Assembly: GCA_963666215.2 (NCBI GenBank)
Contig: CAXWPL010000004.1
Coordinates: forward strand, 160,001 to 224,000
Reading direction: 5' to 3'
Source of the DNA: Acidobacteriota bacterium
GTDB lineage: Bacteria > Acidobacteriota > UBA890 > WLXD01
DNA length: 64,000 nt
The first letter of the stretch is position 1; the number at the start of each line of letters is the position of its first letter. Shown here in pieces: positions 28,575 to 39,379 of this stretch. The notes below the pieces were generated by a model. It made no database searches, had not been told where the DNA came from, and was given only the letters and a program-made list of their open reading frames with translations. The translations under genes were made by a program, and so were the position numbers.

Positions 28575-31500
28575 CTACTGCTCCCTGTCGCGAGCCGTGC
28601 GGCGCTCGAAAGCTGGCCGACCCGGAAAGCTCATGGGGCTGCCTTCCAGAATACCGAGTGCCTCCTGGATAGCGGCCTCGAGCTGCGGATCAACTCCGCG
28701 AGCGAGCTGCGCCGGGTCGTCGACAACCAGCAGGTCGGGCTCAACCCCATGGCCCTCCGCGAACCACTCGCCGTCGGGGCCATAGATACGACCGGGCGGC
28801 GCTGTGTAACGGCCGCCGTCGATCGTCTGGTGACCTACTGCCGGTCCGATCAAGCCGCCCCAGGTGCGCTCACCGATGATCGGGCCAACACCAAGTGTCT
28901 TGAAGAAGTAGGGAAATGCGTCTCCTCCGGAGCCGGCCCAGCCGTTGATCAGCATGACCTTGGCTCCGAAGAGGCCGACGTTGGGCTGGTTGACGATGTC
29001 GCCGGAGCGGAAATAGATGCGATTCACGAGGTTGCGGTTGAACGTCTCGATGAAGCGATCGGGAAGCTGCCCGCCGGCATTGAAGCGCTCATCGACGATG
29101 AGCCCTTCCTTGCGCACCTGCGAGGTGAGCTGGCGCACCAGCTCCGTTTGCCCCGGCACGCCCGTGTTGGGGACGAACACGTAGCCCACCCGACCGCCAC
29201 TGGCTTCGTCAACGCGGCGTCGGTTGGCCTCGATCCATTCGAGGTGGCGCAGCCGCGCGTCGCTCGTCAGGGTGCGAACGATCACCTCACGTGCGCCGTC
29301 TGTTGTGGGTCTGTCGTTCACCGTCAGCGCAACGGTTTCGCCAGCGAGCCCCTCGAAGGCGGCGTGAGGAGATACCGAGGTGTCCATCGGCCGGCCGTTG
29401 ACGGCGAGCACGTATTCGCCGGCCGAGACCTTTATGCCGGGCTCGCGCAAAGCCGATCGTGTCTCGATGTCCCATGGCGCGCCCCGAACGACGCGACCGA
29501 TGCGGTAGGCGCCGCCGTCCGCGCGGTCGAGCTCCCAGTCGACGCCCAGCAAGCCCACCGGACGGCTCGCCGCCGATTCGGTATCGCCGCCGCCGACGTA
29601 GGTATGCGACGCGTTGACCTCACCGATGAGCTCGCCGAGTAGGAAATTGACGTCCCAGCGCGTGACCGCGTGCTCAACCAGCGTGCCGTAGAGCTCGCGC
29701 ATGGCCTCCCAGTCGACGCCGTGCATGGACGGGTCGTAGAAGAAGTCGCGATAGGCCCGCCAGATGTCGTTGAAGATCTGCCGCCACTCCGCCAGAGGTT
29801 CGAGCGTGGTCTGCAGATCGTCGGTCGAGATCGCGTCGCCGAGCTCCTGCCGAGGACGCGCATCGACAATGAAGTAACCGCCCCGCCGCGCCACCAGCAT
29901 CTTGCTGCCCTTGGCCACCAGCTCGAAGCCACTGGCGTCGTCGCTGGCGTCTGCCTCTTCATCAGCCTCGTCATCGGCCTCCTCCTCGCTCTCTTCCTCG
30001 TCGTTGTGCGGTAACAGTAGCGACGCCACGTCGGCACGAAGCGGCGCAGCGACCACGCCGGTGGAGTTGGGATAGACCCAGGTGGCGTCGAAATCGGAGT
30101 AGACCGCCTGCAGGCTTCTGTTCGACAGGTAGTAGAGATAGTCGCCGTCGGGGTCGAAGACCGGCGACGAGTCGCTGTAGTAACCGGAGGTCGCCTGATG
30201 CAGCTCGGCACTCTCGGTGTCGTACAGGAATACCGCGCTGAGCTGAGTGTCGAGCGACTTCGAGTACGCCAGCCAGCGCGAATCGGACGACCAGCTCACC
30301 TCGAAGCCGGCGAGCGCCGGATGCAGCATGTAGGGGATGTGATCGACGTCGGTCAACGCTCCAGACTCCACGTCGACGAGCCTGAGGCTTCCAGCGTTGT
30401 CGACGAAGGCAATCGTCTCGCTGTCGGGCGACCTACATGGGGCGATAGCGATAGCCCTCGCCGAGCGACGTCAGCACTCGCTCCACTCCGCCTCCCGCTG
30501 GCCGCAGAGTGAGCTCATACTCGAAACTGCGATTGCTCCAGTAGGCCACCCAGCGGCCATCGGGCGACCACGCGGGATAGCGCTCGGCGACGCCGGAGCT
30601 ACCCGTCAGGTTGCGCGTGATGCCGTTCTCGGCCGGAACGGTGTACACATCGCCTCGCGCCTCGAACAGAACTCGGGCGCCGCTAGGCGAGATTCCGGCG
30701 CCCTGGATGTTGCCGGCAACGTCGACGGTACGCGGACGGAGAGTGGCGCGATCGCTGACGAGCTGAACAGGAACCGGCGTCACGGCCTCCGACTGAAGAT
30801 CGAGCAGCTGCAGCTCGCCGCCGGCCTGAAAAACAATCTCCTTGGGGCCGATCGCGGCGTGCGCGATGTCGTACTCGGCAAAGCGCGTCACCTGGCGCAT
30901 GTCGCCGCTGTCGACGCCGTAGGCCCAGATGTTGAGCCGCTGGTTGGGGCCACGGTCGGCGGCGAAGTAGATCGTGTTGCCGTAGAACATCGGCTGCATC
31001 TCGTTGGCGTCGCTATCGCTGATGTTGCGCGCCTCGAGCGTCGTCAGGTTGAAGAGCCAGATGTCGGGAGCCATGCCGCCGCGGTAACGCTTCCAGGTGC
31101 GCGAGCTGCGATCCTTGGGCGTGTAGGCGATCCACTCGCCGTAGGGCACCGGCAGCCGCTCCGGCAGGCCACCGTCGGCGCTGATCGTCCAGAGCTGGTT
31201 GTAGCGCTGCACACCACTGGTACGCGACGACGCGAACAGAATCCTGCCGTCAGGCGTCCACTCCACCATACGATCGGCGCCTGGGTGGAAGGTGACGCGC
31301 TGCACCGAGCCTCCGGTAGCCGGAACCACATAAACGTCGGTGTTGCCGTCGTAATTACCGGAAAACGCGATCCGGCTGCCATCGGGCGAGAACCGTGGAT
31401 AGCTCTCTTCGCCGGCCGGCGAGCTCAGCCGCCGCGCCACGCCACCACTCTTGTCCATCACCCAAACGTCACCTCCATAGACGAAGGCGATGTGGGTGTC

Positions 31501-31614
31501 GGACACGTCTGGATAACGCAGCATGCGAGCGTCCACCTGGGCCGAGACTGGCAGGGCGGCGGCTACCGAGACAACCAGAACAACAAGGGCAGTGATGCTG
31601 GCTCGCGATCTCAT
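28575..31614 (-). pseudogene. Tricorn-like S41 protease, frameshifted and with apparent internal deletions
   Basis: MLRYPDVS N terminus, WKRYRGG, PDZ region, GSGGDAF, GERTWGGLIG, EGHGVEPD, DPQLEAAI. An extra base at ~30434 turns ATG TGG TCG (MWSPD) into ATG TAG. Confidence 0.85.
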
Positions 31615-31875
31615 GACACTCCGGTGGCTCAAGCGGGGATCTTGGCTCGAAACCCCGACTGTACACAGTCGCTGGCCGCCGGTGGGGCAAGCGCTGGCTG
31701 GGGGCGGTCCAGTGGCGGCGACCCCGCAGGAGCCGACACTGCCGTAACGTCTCGAACCGGGCCACGCTGACTGCTGACGACACGACCGTACCGCCCGCGA
31801 GCAGGAGCGAAGAGCCAGTGCCGCGAGCCGTGCCGGGTTGCCAAAGCTGGTTGTCTATTTGTCCGTTTCCGGACC

Positions 31876-31904
31876 TTGCAATGCTTACCCCCTAAGCATA
31901 TCTT
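31876..31904 (+). promoter_or_regulatory. Promoter TTGCAA-N17-TATCTT with operator ATGCTTA-N5-TAAGCAT
   Basis: -35 at 31876-31881, -10 at 31899-31904, inverted repeat at 31881-31899. The ATG follows 7 nt after the -10. Confidence 0.65.
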
Positions 31905-31911
31905 TTGAGCT

Positions 31912-32364
31912 ATGAGAATGCCTGCAGACATCCGCGAGCAGTTCCGCCGCTACGGTCGAGCCGGCGGCGAAAAACGGGCAGCCCGCATGAGCCCGGAGGC
32001 CAGGGCAACGATCGCCCGCCGGGCCGCCACGGCTCGCTGGATCCAAGCGCGATTCGGTGCCTCGAGCTTCGAGGCACTGGGCCTGCCCGGCGGAGCAATC
32101 GTGGATGCCGGTCTCGCCGATCTCGCCGCGGGGAAGACGACGCCGGAGAGCCTGCTGGTCTCCCTGGCTGCACCTCGGCTACGCCGGGAAGGCGTCCCGA
32201 TGGGTTCGGTAGACGCGGATCCCGAGGAAAGCCTCTACAGAATGTTGTCACTATCCGAAGGCGATCTGGCGCACGCGCGGTACGGCGCCTACCTTCGACA
32301 GACGGTTTCCTTCGCGGATGCCTGCCGCGGAGCCCGGTTCGACCGAGGTCGACGTGCGCCGTAG
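31912..32364 (+). CDS. Hypothetical protein, putative antitoxin/regulator with basic GRAGG..RA..MSPE.R..IAR.AA.ARW motif
   Basis: 150 aa ORF overlapping the downstream nucleotidyltransferase gene; autoregulatory-type promoter. Confidence 0.65.
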   Translation: MRMPADIREQFRRYGRAGGEKRAARMSPEARATIARRAATARWIQARFGASSFEALGLPGGAIVDAGLADLAAGKTTPESLLVSLAAPRLRREGVPMGSVDADPEESLYRMLSLSEGDLAHARYGAYLRQTVSFADACRGARFDRGRRAP

Positions 32365-32887
32365 CCTGACGCGGGAGGGGCTGCGAGAGCTGATGAAGGA
32401 GCTTGCCCGTACCGCTCCGCCTGGACGGCCATACCGCGTTTTTCTAGTGGGTGGAGGCACGGCGGTTTTCTCGGGCTGGAGAGCGTCCACGATCGACGCC
32501 GATCTCCACGCCGATTACGAGGAAGTCTTCCGCGACATCCAGGCCATCAAGGAGCGTCTGCAGCTGAACGTGGAGTTTGTCCGGCCCGAGAACTTCATTC
32601 CCGCACTCGCTGGGAGCGACGACCGCCACGTCTTCATCGAGGCGATCGGAAGAGTGAGTTTCTTCCACTACGACCCTTGCGCGCAGCTCCTGTCGAAAGT
32701 CGTTCGCGGCTTCCGCCGCGACATGCAGGACGCCGACAGTTTCCTCGCTAGCGGCATGGTGGCCGCGAAACGATTTCGATCTCTCGTACACGCGATCCCG
32801 GAAGCGGCCTATGCCAGATACCCGGCCTTGTCTCGAGATGCCGTGATCGAAGCCGTCGACGACTTCTTGGCGCGCAGCGCGAGCTGA
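32354..32887 (+). CDS. DUF6036-like nucleotidyltransferase (putative toxin)
   Basis: FLVGGGTAV...R.STIDADL (GG plus DxD) NTase signature and LLSKVVRG..RD.QD; GTG start with GAGG RBS. Confidence 0.75.
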   Translation: MRRSLTREGLRELMKELARTAPPGRPYRVFLVGGGTAVFSGWRASTIDADLHADYEEVFRDIQAIKERLQLNVEFVRPENFIPALAGSDDRHVFIEAIGRVSFFHYDPCAQLLSKVVRGFRRDMQDADSFLASGMVAAKRFRSLVHAIPEAAYARYPALSRDAVIEAVDDFLARSAS

Positions 32888-32964
32888 TTTCTCTCGACTC
32901 CACCGGCGTCCAGCCTGGACGACAGGCCGGGCCTCGGCTACTTGTCTCGCGTGTCCGGGGCGAC

Positions 32965-33307
32965 TCGTGGCGGCACCGAACGTCACGGAGATGCCCGTCA
33001 GGAACTCTCCCCACGTTACCAGGGCCGCGAACACGCCCACGTTCGGCAGAACAACCGTCTCCAGGAACGGAACGAACCAACCGACCGTCCTGCCCGATTC
33101 CAGCACGCCGCCGATCTGACGGGCGATCTCGGCCGGGGCGTCGCCGGCTCGGAGCCAGTACAGACCGGTGCCAATCCACATGGGCCCGATCACCAGTCGC
33201 ACCAGGAGCAACACCAAGCCTGTGGCCCGATAGTCCTTGCTATCGCGCCAGAATGCACGAAAAACTGTTGAACCCTCCCGGTCGGGTACGACGCCGGCTT
33301 GATCCAT
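32965..33307 (-). pseudogene. DoxX/DoxD-like membrane protein, C-terminally truncated
   Basis: LLVRLVIG.MW, WFVPFLETVVLPN, LVTWGEFLTGIS; the sequence loses membrane character after FGAAT. Confidence 0.55.
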
Positions 33308-33460
33308 CGATCTCACTCGGTAGGCGGGGATGCTGGGGTGCGGGTGCGTTCGGTTTCATGAGCAAGAACCTAGCGGAGGCGCATTTTCTTCCCGAAAATC
33401 GCCAAATCCTCGGGAAATCCCCTGCCCCCGGCTCGACCGACCAGCGGCGCCGGAGCCTCG

Positions 33461-34046
33461 TCAGCTACGGAAGGGGAGGTAGCGCGGCACCTGGGCGGCG
33501 TAGTCGTCGTACGCGCGACCGAATCGCTGGCGCAGCTCTCGCTCCTCGAGCAGAACCAGAAGGTGGATCGTCGGCACGGTCACGATTACCAGCGCGTACA
33601 GCCCCGTGTAGTTCGCAAACAGAGCGTAGGCGAGGCATGCCAGGAGAATCTCGACGTAGCGCGGGTGCCGAATCCTCGAGTAGATCCCCTCGTTCAGCAG
33701 GACACCCGGATAGCTGGCCTGGGAGAGCTCGGGCACACCCACCAGCCGCGCCGTGGTCAGGTACTTCTTCCTTTTCAGGGCGATGATGATCGTGCCTGTA
33801 AAGGTGAGCGCCGCCAGCGCCATCAACGGCGTGCTGGCACCGAGGTCGGATCCCACCAGAGTGGCTCTCGCCGAGTACACCCCGTACATGAGCGCGGCCA
33901 TCGGCGGAGTCAAGATCACGTAGGTCCACATAGCGCCGAGCCGCCGCCAATGGCGCGCGAACGGGTGGATGACGAACCAGAGCGCCAGCCCGGGGGGGCA
34001 GGGCGACGAGCAGCAAGACGGCGATCGCGTAGCGCGCCGTGCTCAC
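33461..34046 (-). pseudogene. Isoprenylcysteine carboxylmethyltransferase (ICMT/PEMT) family protein, frameshifted
   Basis: GIYSRIRHPRY and EERELRQRFGRAYDDYAAQVPRY motifs; one extra base in the G7 run at 33992-33998. Confidence 0.8.
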
Positions 34047-34079
34047 GATGCCCTGTCGATCACGCGCCCGAGTCCAGGC

Positions 34080-35350
34080 CTAGCGCCCGGTTTGGGACGC
34101 GAGCTCGTCGAGATGCTCGGCCTTCCACTGCATCGCCATGTGGATGCGGGCGCGGCCGCTCGGGTGGTCGAAGAAAAGGAACTCTTCGAGCGGGCCGGGA
34201 TCGAGCTTGCGGTATTCGCTGAGCTTGAGCGCCGTCTGGGCGAAGCCGTCGGGCTCACGGGCGGCGTTGAGGCCGAATGCATCGGCCTCGGCTTCGTTGA
34301 CGCGGATGTTGGTGTTGACGAGTGGCGTCAGCACGAAGCCGTAAATCGATATCAGCAGCATGAGCAGCGGCAGCCCCGCCGGGTCGGCGATACCGCTCAC
34401 CCCCCAGCCGGCCCCCCAGCGTGCCAGCGCACGGTCGAACGCCATCTTGAGAAAGCCGAAGGCGCCGAGCACGAGGAGGGTGAAGAACATCAGACCCTCG
34501 TAGGCGTGGTTGAGCACGTAATGCCCCAACTCGTGCCCCATGACCGCCTTGATCTCGGGCACCGAGGTGCGGTTGAGCAGGTTGTCGTTGAGGCTCACCC
34601 GCATGGTGTTGAGGATGCCGCTGACGTTGGCGCTGATGCGGGTACTCTGGCGCGAGGCATCGAAGACATAGATGTTGTCGACCGGGACGCCGTTGGCGCG
34701 TGCCATGGAGAGGACCGGGTCGCGAACCTCGGCGCGGTCGACCGGGGTGTAGGTGTTGAACAGCGGTGCGATGTAGACAGGCCCCAACAGCTGGAGAATG
34801 ACGAGGAACACCAGCACGACAGCCGTCCCCCACAGCCACCACGTCTGCTGCGCGCGCCTGAACACGGCGTACAGCGCCACCAGCAACAGCGGCGCGATCA
34901 CGAGACCGAGACCGAGGCCAATGAGTCGCTCGCCGAACCACGGTCCGAAGGTCTGGGTGGCGAGCTCGTACTGGTGTTCGCGGAAGAAGCCCGTGTACCA
35001 GGTCAAGGGGAACTTTCGAGAACGGCGGTCAGGAGCAAGAACTGCACCGCGTAGAACGCCGTACGCAGCGGTTTTCTTGAGGTAAGGCCTGCCGCCAGGT
35101 CGCGCATGCGTGCCGAGACGCCTAGGCGAAGAAGCAGCCAGAGCTCGATGGCGCCGTAGAGAAACCCCCACAGCATCAGCCAGTAGCCGCCCTCGAAGTA
35201 GGCGTCGGACCGCGCCTTCTGTTCCGACGACAGCTGTCCCATGTACGCATCGGTGGCGGCGGCGACGTCGAACGCCTGCTGCGCGCTCGCCACCATGGGC
35301 ACCAGCGACAACAAGATCAGTGTCCATGTCCATACAACGCGCTGCTTCAC
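34080..35350 (-). pseudogene. M48 (Ste24-like) metallopeptidase, frameshifted
   Basis: HELGH, EAEADAFG, and DHPSGRARI motifs. GTG 35350 has an AGGAGG RBS; the frame changes near 35016. Confidence 0.85.
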
Positions 35351-35531
35351 GAGATGCCTCCTGAGACGATCCGACCCCCGCTCGTGCATCAGGTGCGCTC
35401 GGGATCGGGATGCGCTCCGCAGTCTATGCAGACTACTCGCCGATCGGAAGCGATCCGGCCACCGGGATACTCTCTGCGCTCGACTCGACTCCCACCCCGA
35501 GCGCAACTCCGCCACGGCTTCTCCTACGATC

Positions 35532-37310
35532 ATGACGACACCCAGCCCGCTACGTCGTCTCTTCGGATTCGCGCGGCCCTACCGCCGCGATGCCGTGCTC
35601 GCGACCACGTTCTCGCTGCTGAACAAGTTCTTCGACGTGCTTCCCGAGCTGTTGATCGGGGTCGCCGTCGACGTGGTGGTGAACCAGCGCGACTCGTTCC
35701 TGGCCCGGCAGGGCTTGGCCGACCCGACGCTGCAGCTCTGGGTACTGGCGGCATTGACGATCGTCGTGTGGGCCGTCGAGTCATCCTTCCAGTATTTGCA
35801 CCAGCTCAAGTGGCGCGGACTCGCCCAGGATCTGCAGCACGAGCTACGCCAGGCGGCCTACGCGCATGTTCAGAGGCTGCCGCCAGGGTTCATCGAACGC
35901 GAACGCAGCGGCCGCCTGATGGCGCTACTGAACGAGGACGTCAACCAGGTGGAGCGTTTTCTCAACACGGGCGCCAACGGACTGATTCAGGTGGCCTTCT
36001 CGTCGCTGCTCGTGGGTGGTGTCTTCTTCGCGGTAACCGCCAACCTGGCGGTGCTGGCGATGTTGCCGATTCCACTGATCATCTTCGGCGCCTTCTGGTT
36101 TCAGAAGCGGCTGGCGCCGCGCTATGCGGCCGCACGCGACGCCGCCGGCACGCTGTCGGCGCGGCTGAGCAACAACCTGATTGGCATGGCCACGATCCAG
36201 GCCTATACCGCCGAAGAGTTCGAGGCCGAGCACCTGCGGGCCGCGTCGGACGTATTCCGCGCCCGCAACGCCGCCGCCATCCGTTTCTCGGCTGCGATCA
36301 CCCCGGTGATCCGCATGGCGGTCCTCATCGGATTCATTGCGACTCTGCTCTACGGTGGAGTCCTCGCTCTACGCGGCGAAATTGGCGTTGGCAGCTACTC
36401 CGCCCTGGTGTTCCTCACCCAGCGCCTGCTCTGGCCCCTCACTGGGCTGGCCGAGCTCACCGACCTGTACAACCGCGCCATGGCCTCGGTGAATCGCATC
36501 ATGGATCTGCTCGAAACACCGGCGCCGGCGCAGCCCGAAACGAAGCTGCCCAGCGCTGCTACGGCGACCCTCCGATTCGAGGATCTGCACTTCGCGTACG
36601 ACGGTAAGCCGGCCATCAGCGGAATCGACTTCGATGTGCCGACAGGGACAACCGTGGCGCTCGTGGGCGCTACCGGCGGCGGCAAGAGCACCGTCCTCAA
36701 GCTGCTGATGCGATTTCTCGACGCAGACCACGGTCGCATTCTGTTCGACGGCCACGACATCACCGGCTACGACCCCGGATCGCTGCGCAAGGCAATCGGT
36801 TATGTCGCGCAGGATCCCTTTCTCACCGACAGCACCATCGCCGAGAACATCGCCTACGGAGAAGCCGCTCCCCACGCGACCGCCGTTGAAGCCGCTGCCC
36901 GAGCCGCCGAAGTGCACGACTTTGTCCGAACGCTGCCGCAGAAATACGAGAGTCTGGTTGGCGAACGCGGCACGCAACTATCTGGCGGCCAACGTCAACG
37001 TATCGCTCTGGCCCGAGCCCTTTACCGCGACCCGGCGATCTTGGTGCTCGACGAAGCAACCTCGGCCGTGGACAACAAAACCGAGGCCGCCATCCAGCGT
37101 TCGCTCGCCCACGGCGCCCGCGGCCGGACCACGCTGGTGGTCGCACATCGTCTGTCGACGGTGCGTCACGCCGACGCCATCCACGTCCTGGATCGCGGCC
37201 GCATCGTCGAGAACGGGACGCACGAAGAGCTCATCGCCCAGCGCGGGCTCTACGCCTCGCTTTGGCGACTGCAAACAGGCGAGACGCCGGACACAGGCGA
37301 CTACTCGTAG
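35532..37310 (+). CDS. ABC transporter fused permease/ATP-binding protein (MsbA-like)
   Basis: Transmembrane domain; Walker A GATGGGKS; LSGGQRQR; ILVLDEATSAVD; AHRLST. Confidence 0.93.
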   Translation: MTTPSPLRRLFGFARPYRRDAVLATTFSLLNKFFDVLPELLIGVAVDVVVNQRDSFLARQGLADPTLQLWVLAALTIVVWAVESSFQYLHQLKWRGLAQDLQHELRQAAYAHVQRLPPGFIERERSGRLMALLNEDVNQVERFLNTGANGLIQVAFSSLLVGGVFFAVTANLAVLAMLPIPLIIFGAFWFQKRLAPRYAAARDAAGTLSARLSNNLIGMATIQAYTAEEFEAEHLRAASDVFRARNAAAIRFSAAITPVIRMAVLIGFIATLLYGGVLALRGEIGVGSYSALVFLTQRLLWPLTGLAELTDLYNRAMASVNRIMDLLETPAPAQPETKLPSAATATLRFEDLHFAYDGKPAISGIDFDVPTGTTVALVGATGGGKSTVLKLLMRFLDADHGRILFDGHDITGYDPGSLRKAIGYVAQDPFLTDSTIAENIAYGEAAPHATAVEAAARAAEVHDFVRTLPQKYESLVGERGTQLSGGQRQRIALARALYRDPAILVLDEATSAVDNKTEAAIQRSLAHGARGRTTLVVAHRLSTVRHADAIHVLDRGRIVENGTHEELIAQRGLYASLWRLQTGETPDTGDYS

Positions 37311-37626
37311 ACGTAGACGCTGCCCGCGTCGTTGGCGTTCGCCGCACCAACGAAGATGGTGCCGCCGCGGAGAGCGATCGCCCCTCCGAACCGATCGTCG
37401 GCATCGATGTCGGAGCCGACGATCTTCTCGCTTTGAGCCCACGCTCCGGCCTTGCGACGAAACAAGTAGATCGAGCCTGAGTTGCCGCCGGCGTCGTTGT
37501 CGAGCGGCGCACCCAAGATGATGGTGCTCTGGGTCATGGCGAACGAGGCGGCACCGGTCCACTGCGGTCCGTCGGCGTCGGCGGCGGTGAGCTTGGCCTT
37601 CTCGACCCACCGAACGTTCTTCTCAT
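37301..37626 (-). pseudogene. FG-GAP repeat protein fragment
   Basis: WVEKAKLTAAD, IILGAPLD..GSIYLF, DRFGGAIAL...VGA..GSVYVY; no intact N terminus. Confidence 0.6.
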
Positions 37627-37730
37627 GAAGTCATCTCCTTGATCCTCCGGGCGTCCGGGCTCGTTCGCCGCATGATAGCTGTCAACCTCCAGCGCCACCC
37701 GACGTTCAGACGTAGACAATCTCACGCAAG

Positions 37731-39254
37731 CTAACGCACGCCCTCATCGAGTCCTCCGTCGGCGCGGTCTGGATCGGAGCTCGCGGCAAGCGCGAACAGG
37801 TGATGCCGCCCGCGAACGAAGAGGGTCCCCTCCGAGATCGCCGGCGAAGCCATGAGGATCTCGCCGATCGGGTTGTGCGCCAACAGCTCGTATGACGCAC
37901 CGGCTCGGACCACGAACACGTCGCCGTCCTCGCTCGGGAAGTAGAGCGCTCCGTCCGAAGCCACGGGCGAGGCCGAAAAGCCGGCGCCCACGGACAGTCG
38001 CGTGCGGTAATGACGCTCTCCACTCGCCAGGTCGTAGGCCGACAGAATGCCGTTGTCGACGATCACCTAGAGGATGCCGCGGTATGCGATGGGCGTCGGG
38101 GTGTAGGGTGAGCCGCGCTCCACCGTCCAGTCGAGATGCTCGCCGCGCTCACCCTGCGTCGCTGGAGTCAGGTCGCCGGTGCCACCGGCCCGCACGGCGT
38201 GGATCGGTCGGGCGCCCGTCGGGTTCCCGCCCGTGATCACAATCTGCTCCCCAACGACGATCGGCGTGGGTGTGATGACCTGGGCGTCGTTGTTCGACAA
38301 CCGCCACAGCTCCCGCCCCGTGCGCGGGTTGTAGGCCACGAAGTAGCGGGGCCGTTGAACACGAGCTCGTCACGCTCTCCTCTGTAGATGGCAGGAGTCG
38401 ACCACGCCGGCTTCTCGTCGCGCTCCACACGCCATGACCTCCTCTCCGGTCTCGAGGCTGTAGGCGGCGACGAAAGAGTTTGCCTGTCGGTCGTTTTGCA
38501 CGACGACCAGGTCCTCGTAGATCACCGGAGAGGTCGCCGGCCCCCATTGGAACTGGGGCTGTCCCCAGTAGCCGACGTCCAGAATGCCGACGTCGGTACG
38601 CCAAATCAGCTCGCCCTGCATGTCGAAGCAGAACAATCCCTCAGAATCGAGCAGCGCCACAATACGCTCGCCATTCGTGGCCGGCGTGGATGAGGCGTGA
38701 CTTGCTTTGCGATGGCGGTGGACCCGTGGGACGCCGTCCCATGCGCTACGGCTCCAGATCGGCTCGCCGGTGTTCTTGTTGAATGCGAGCAGCCGCCAGC
38801 TATGCTCGACCCGATCATCGGCGGTCGCCACGCCGGCAACGTCGGACGGGCCGGTGAGCAGCTCCATCTCTCCGCTCGAAGGAAGAGCTGTTGTCACGTA
38901 GATCGTGTTGCCCCAAACGATCGGGCTCGAGTGCCCCATGCCCGGAATCTCGGCGACCCAGCGCAGGTTCGTGCCATCCGCGGGGTCGAAGTGGATCGGC
39001 AAGCCCTGGTCATCCGCGACACCGGCATGACCGGGGCCACGGAACGCTGGCCAGACCTCGTCAACGACGCCGACGGATGGCGAGATCGACCGTGAAGACG
39101 CCGGTCGGCCAGTTGCCCACCGGCTCGCACTCGAAGCCAACAACGTGGTCGTGGCCCCGACGGTCGATATCACGACCAACGCGAGAAGCCCGACTCGACC
39201 ACGAGCGGCCGGCCGGCGGTCGAACCCTACGGCTCTGTGCGTTCTCACTGGCAA
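37731..39254 (-). pseudogene. PQQ-binding-like beta-propeller protein, disrupted
   Basis: WPAFRGP, GHSSPIVWG, ASSTPAT, and FSASPVA motifs. Frameshifts near 38435 and 38350, and an in-frame TAG at 38069-38067. Confidence 0.85.
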
Positions 39255-39379
39255 CTCTCGATGCGGGGATTCCGAACGGCGGCGATCGTGGATTCGACGA
39301 CATTCCAGGGCCGTGGCGCCTGCACTAGGAGCCGCGTCCCCCGCGCCAAGCGCGTTCGGGCTCGAGCGTCAACTGCCGC

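Noticed and set aside
31857-31868. Half match to the LexA box (ATTTGTCCGTTT) upstream of the TA-like pair
   Set aside because: The left half-site is absent, and a separate better palindrome explains that promoter.
38067-38069. In-frame TAG as pyrrolysine or other recoding
   Set aside because: It replaces an expected Tyr codon in a gene with two other frameshifts; no pyl genes are seen, and TAG is used as a normal stop elsewhere in the window.
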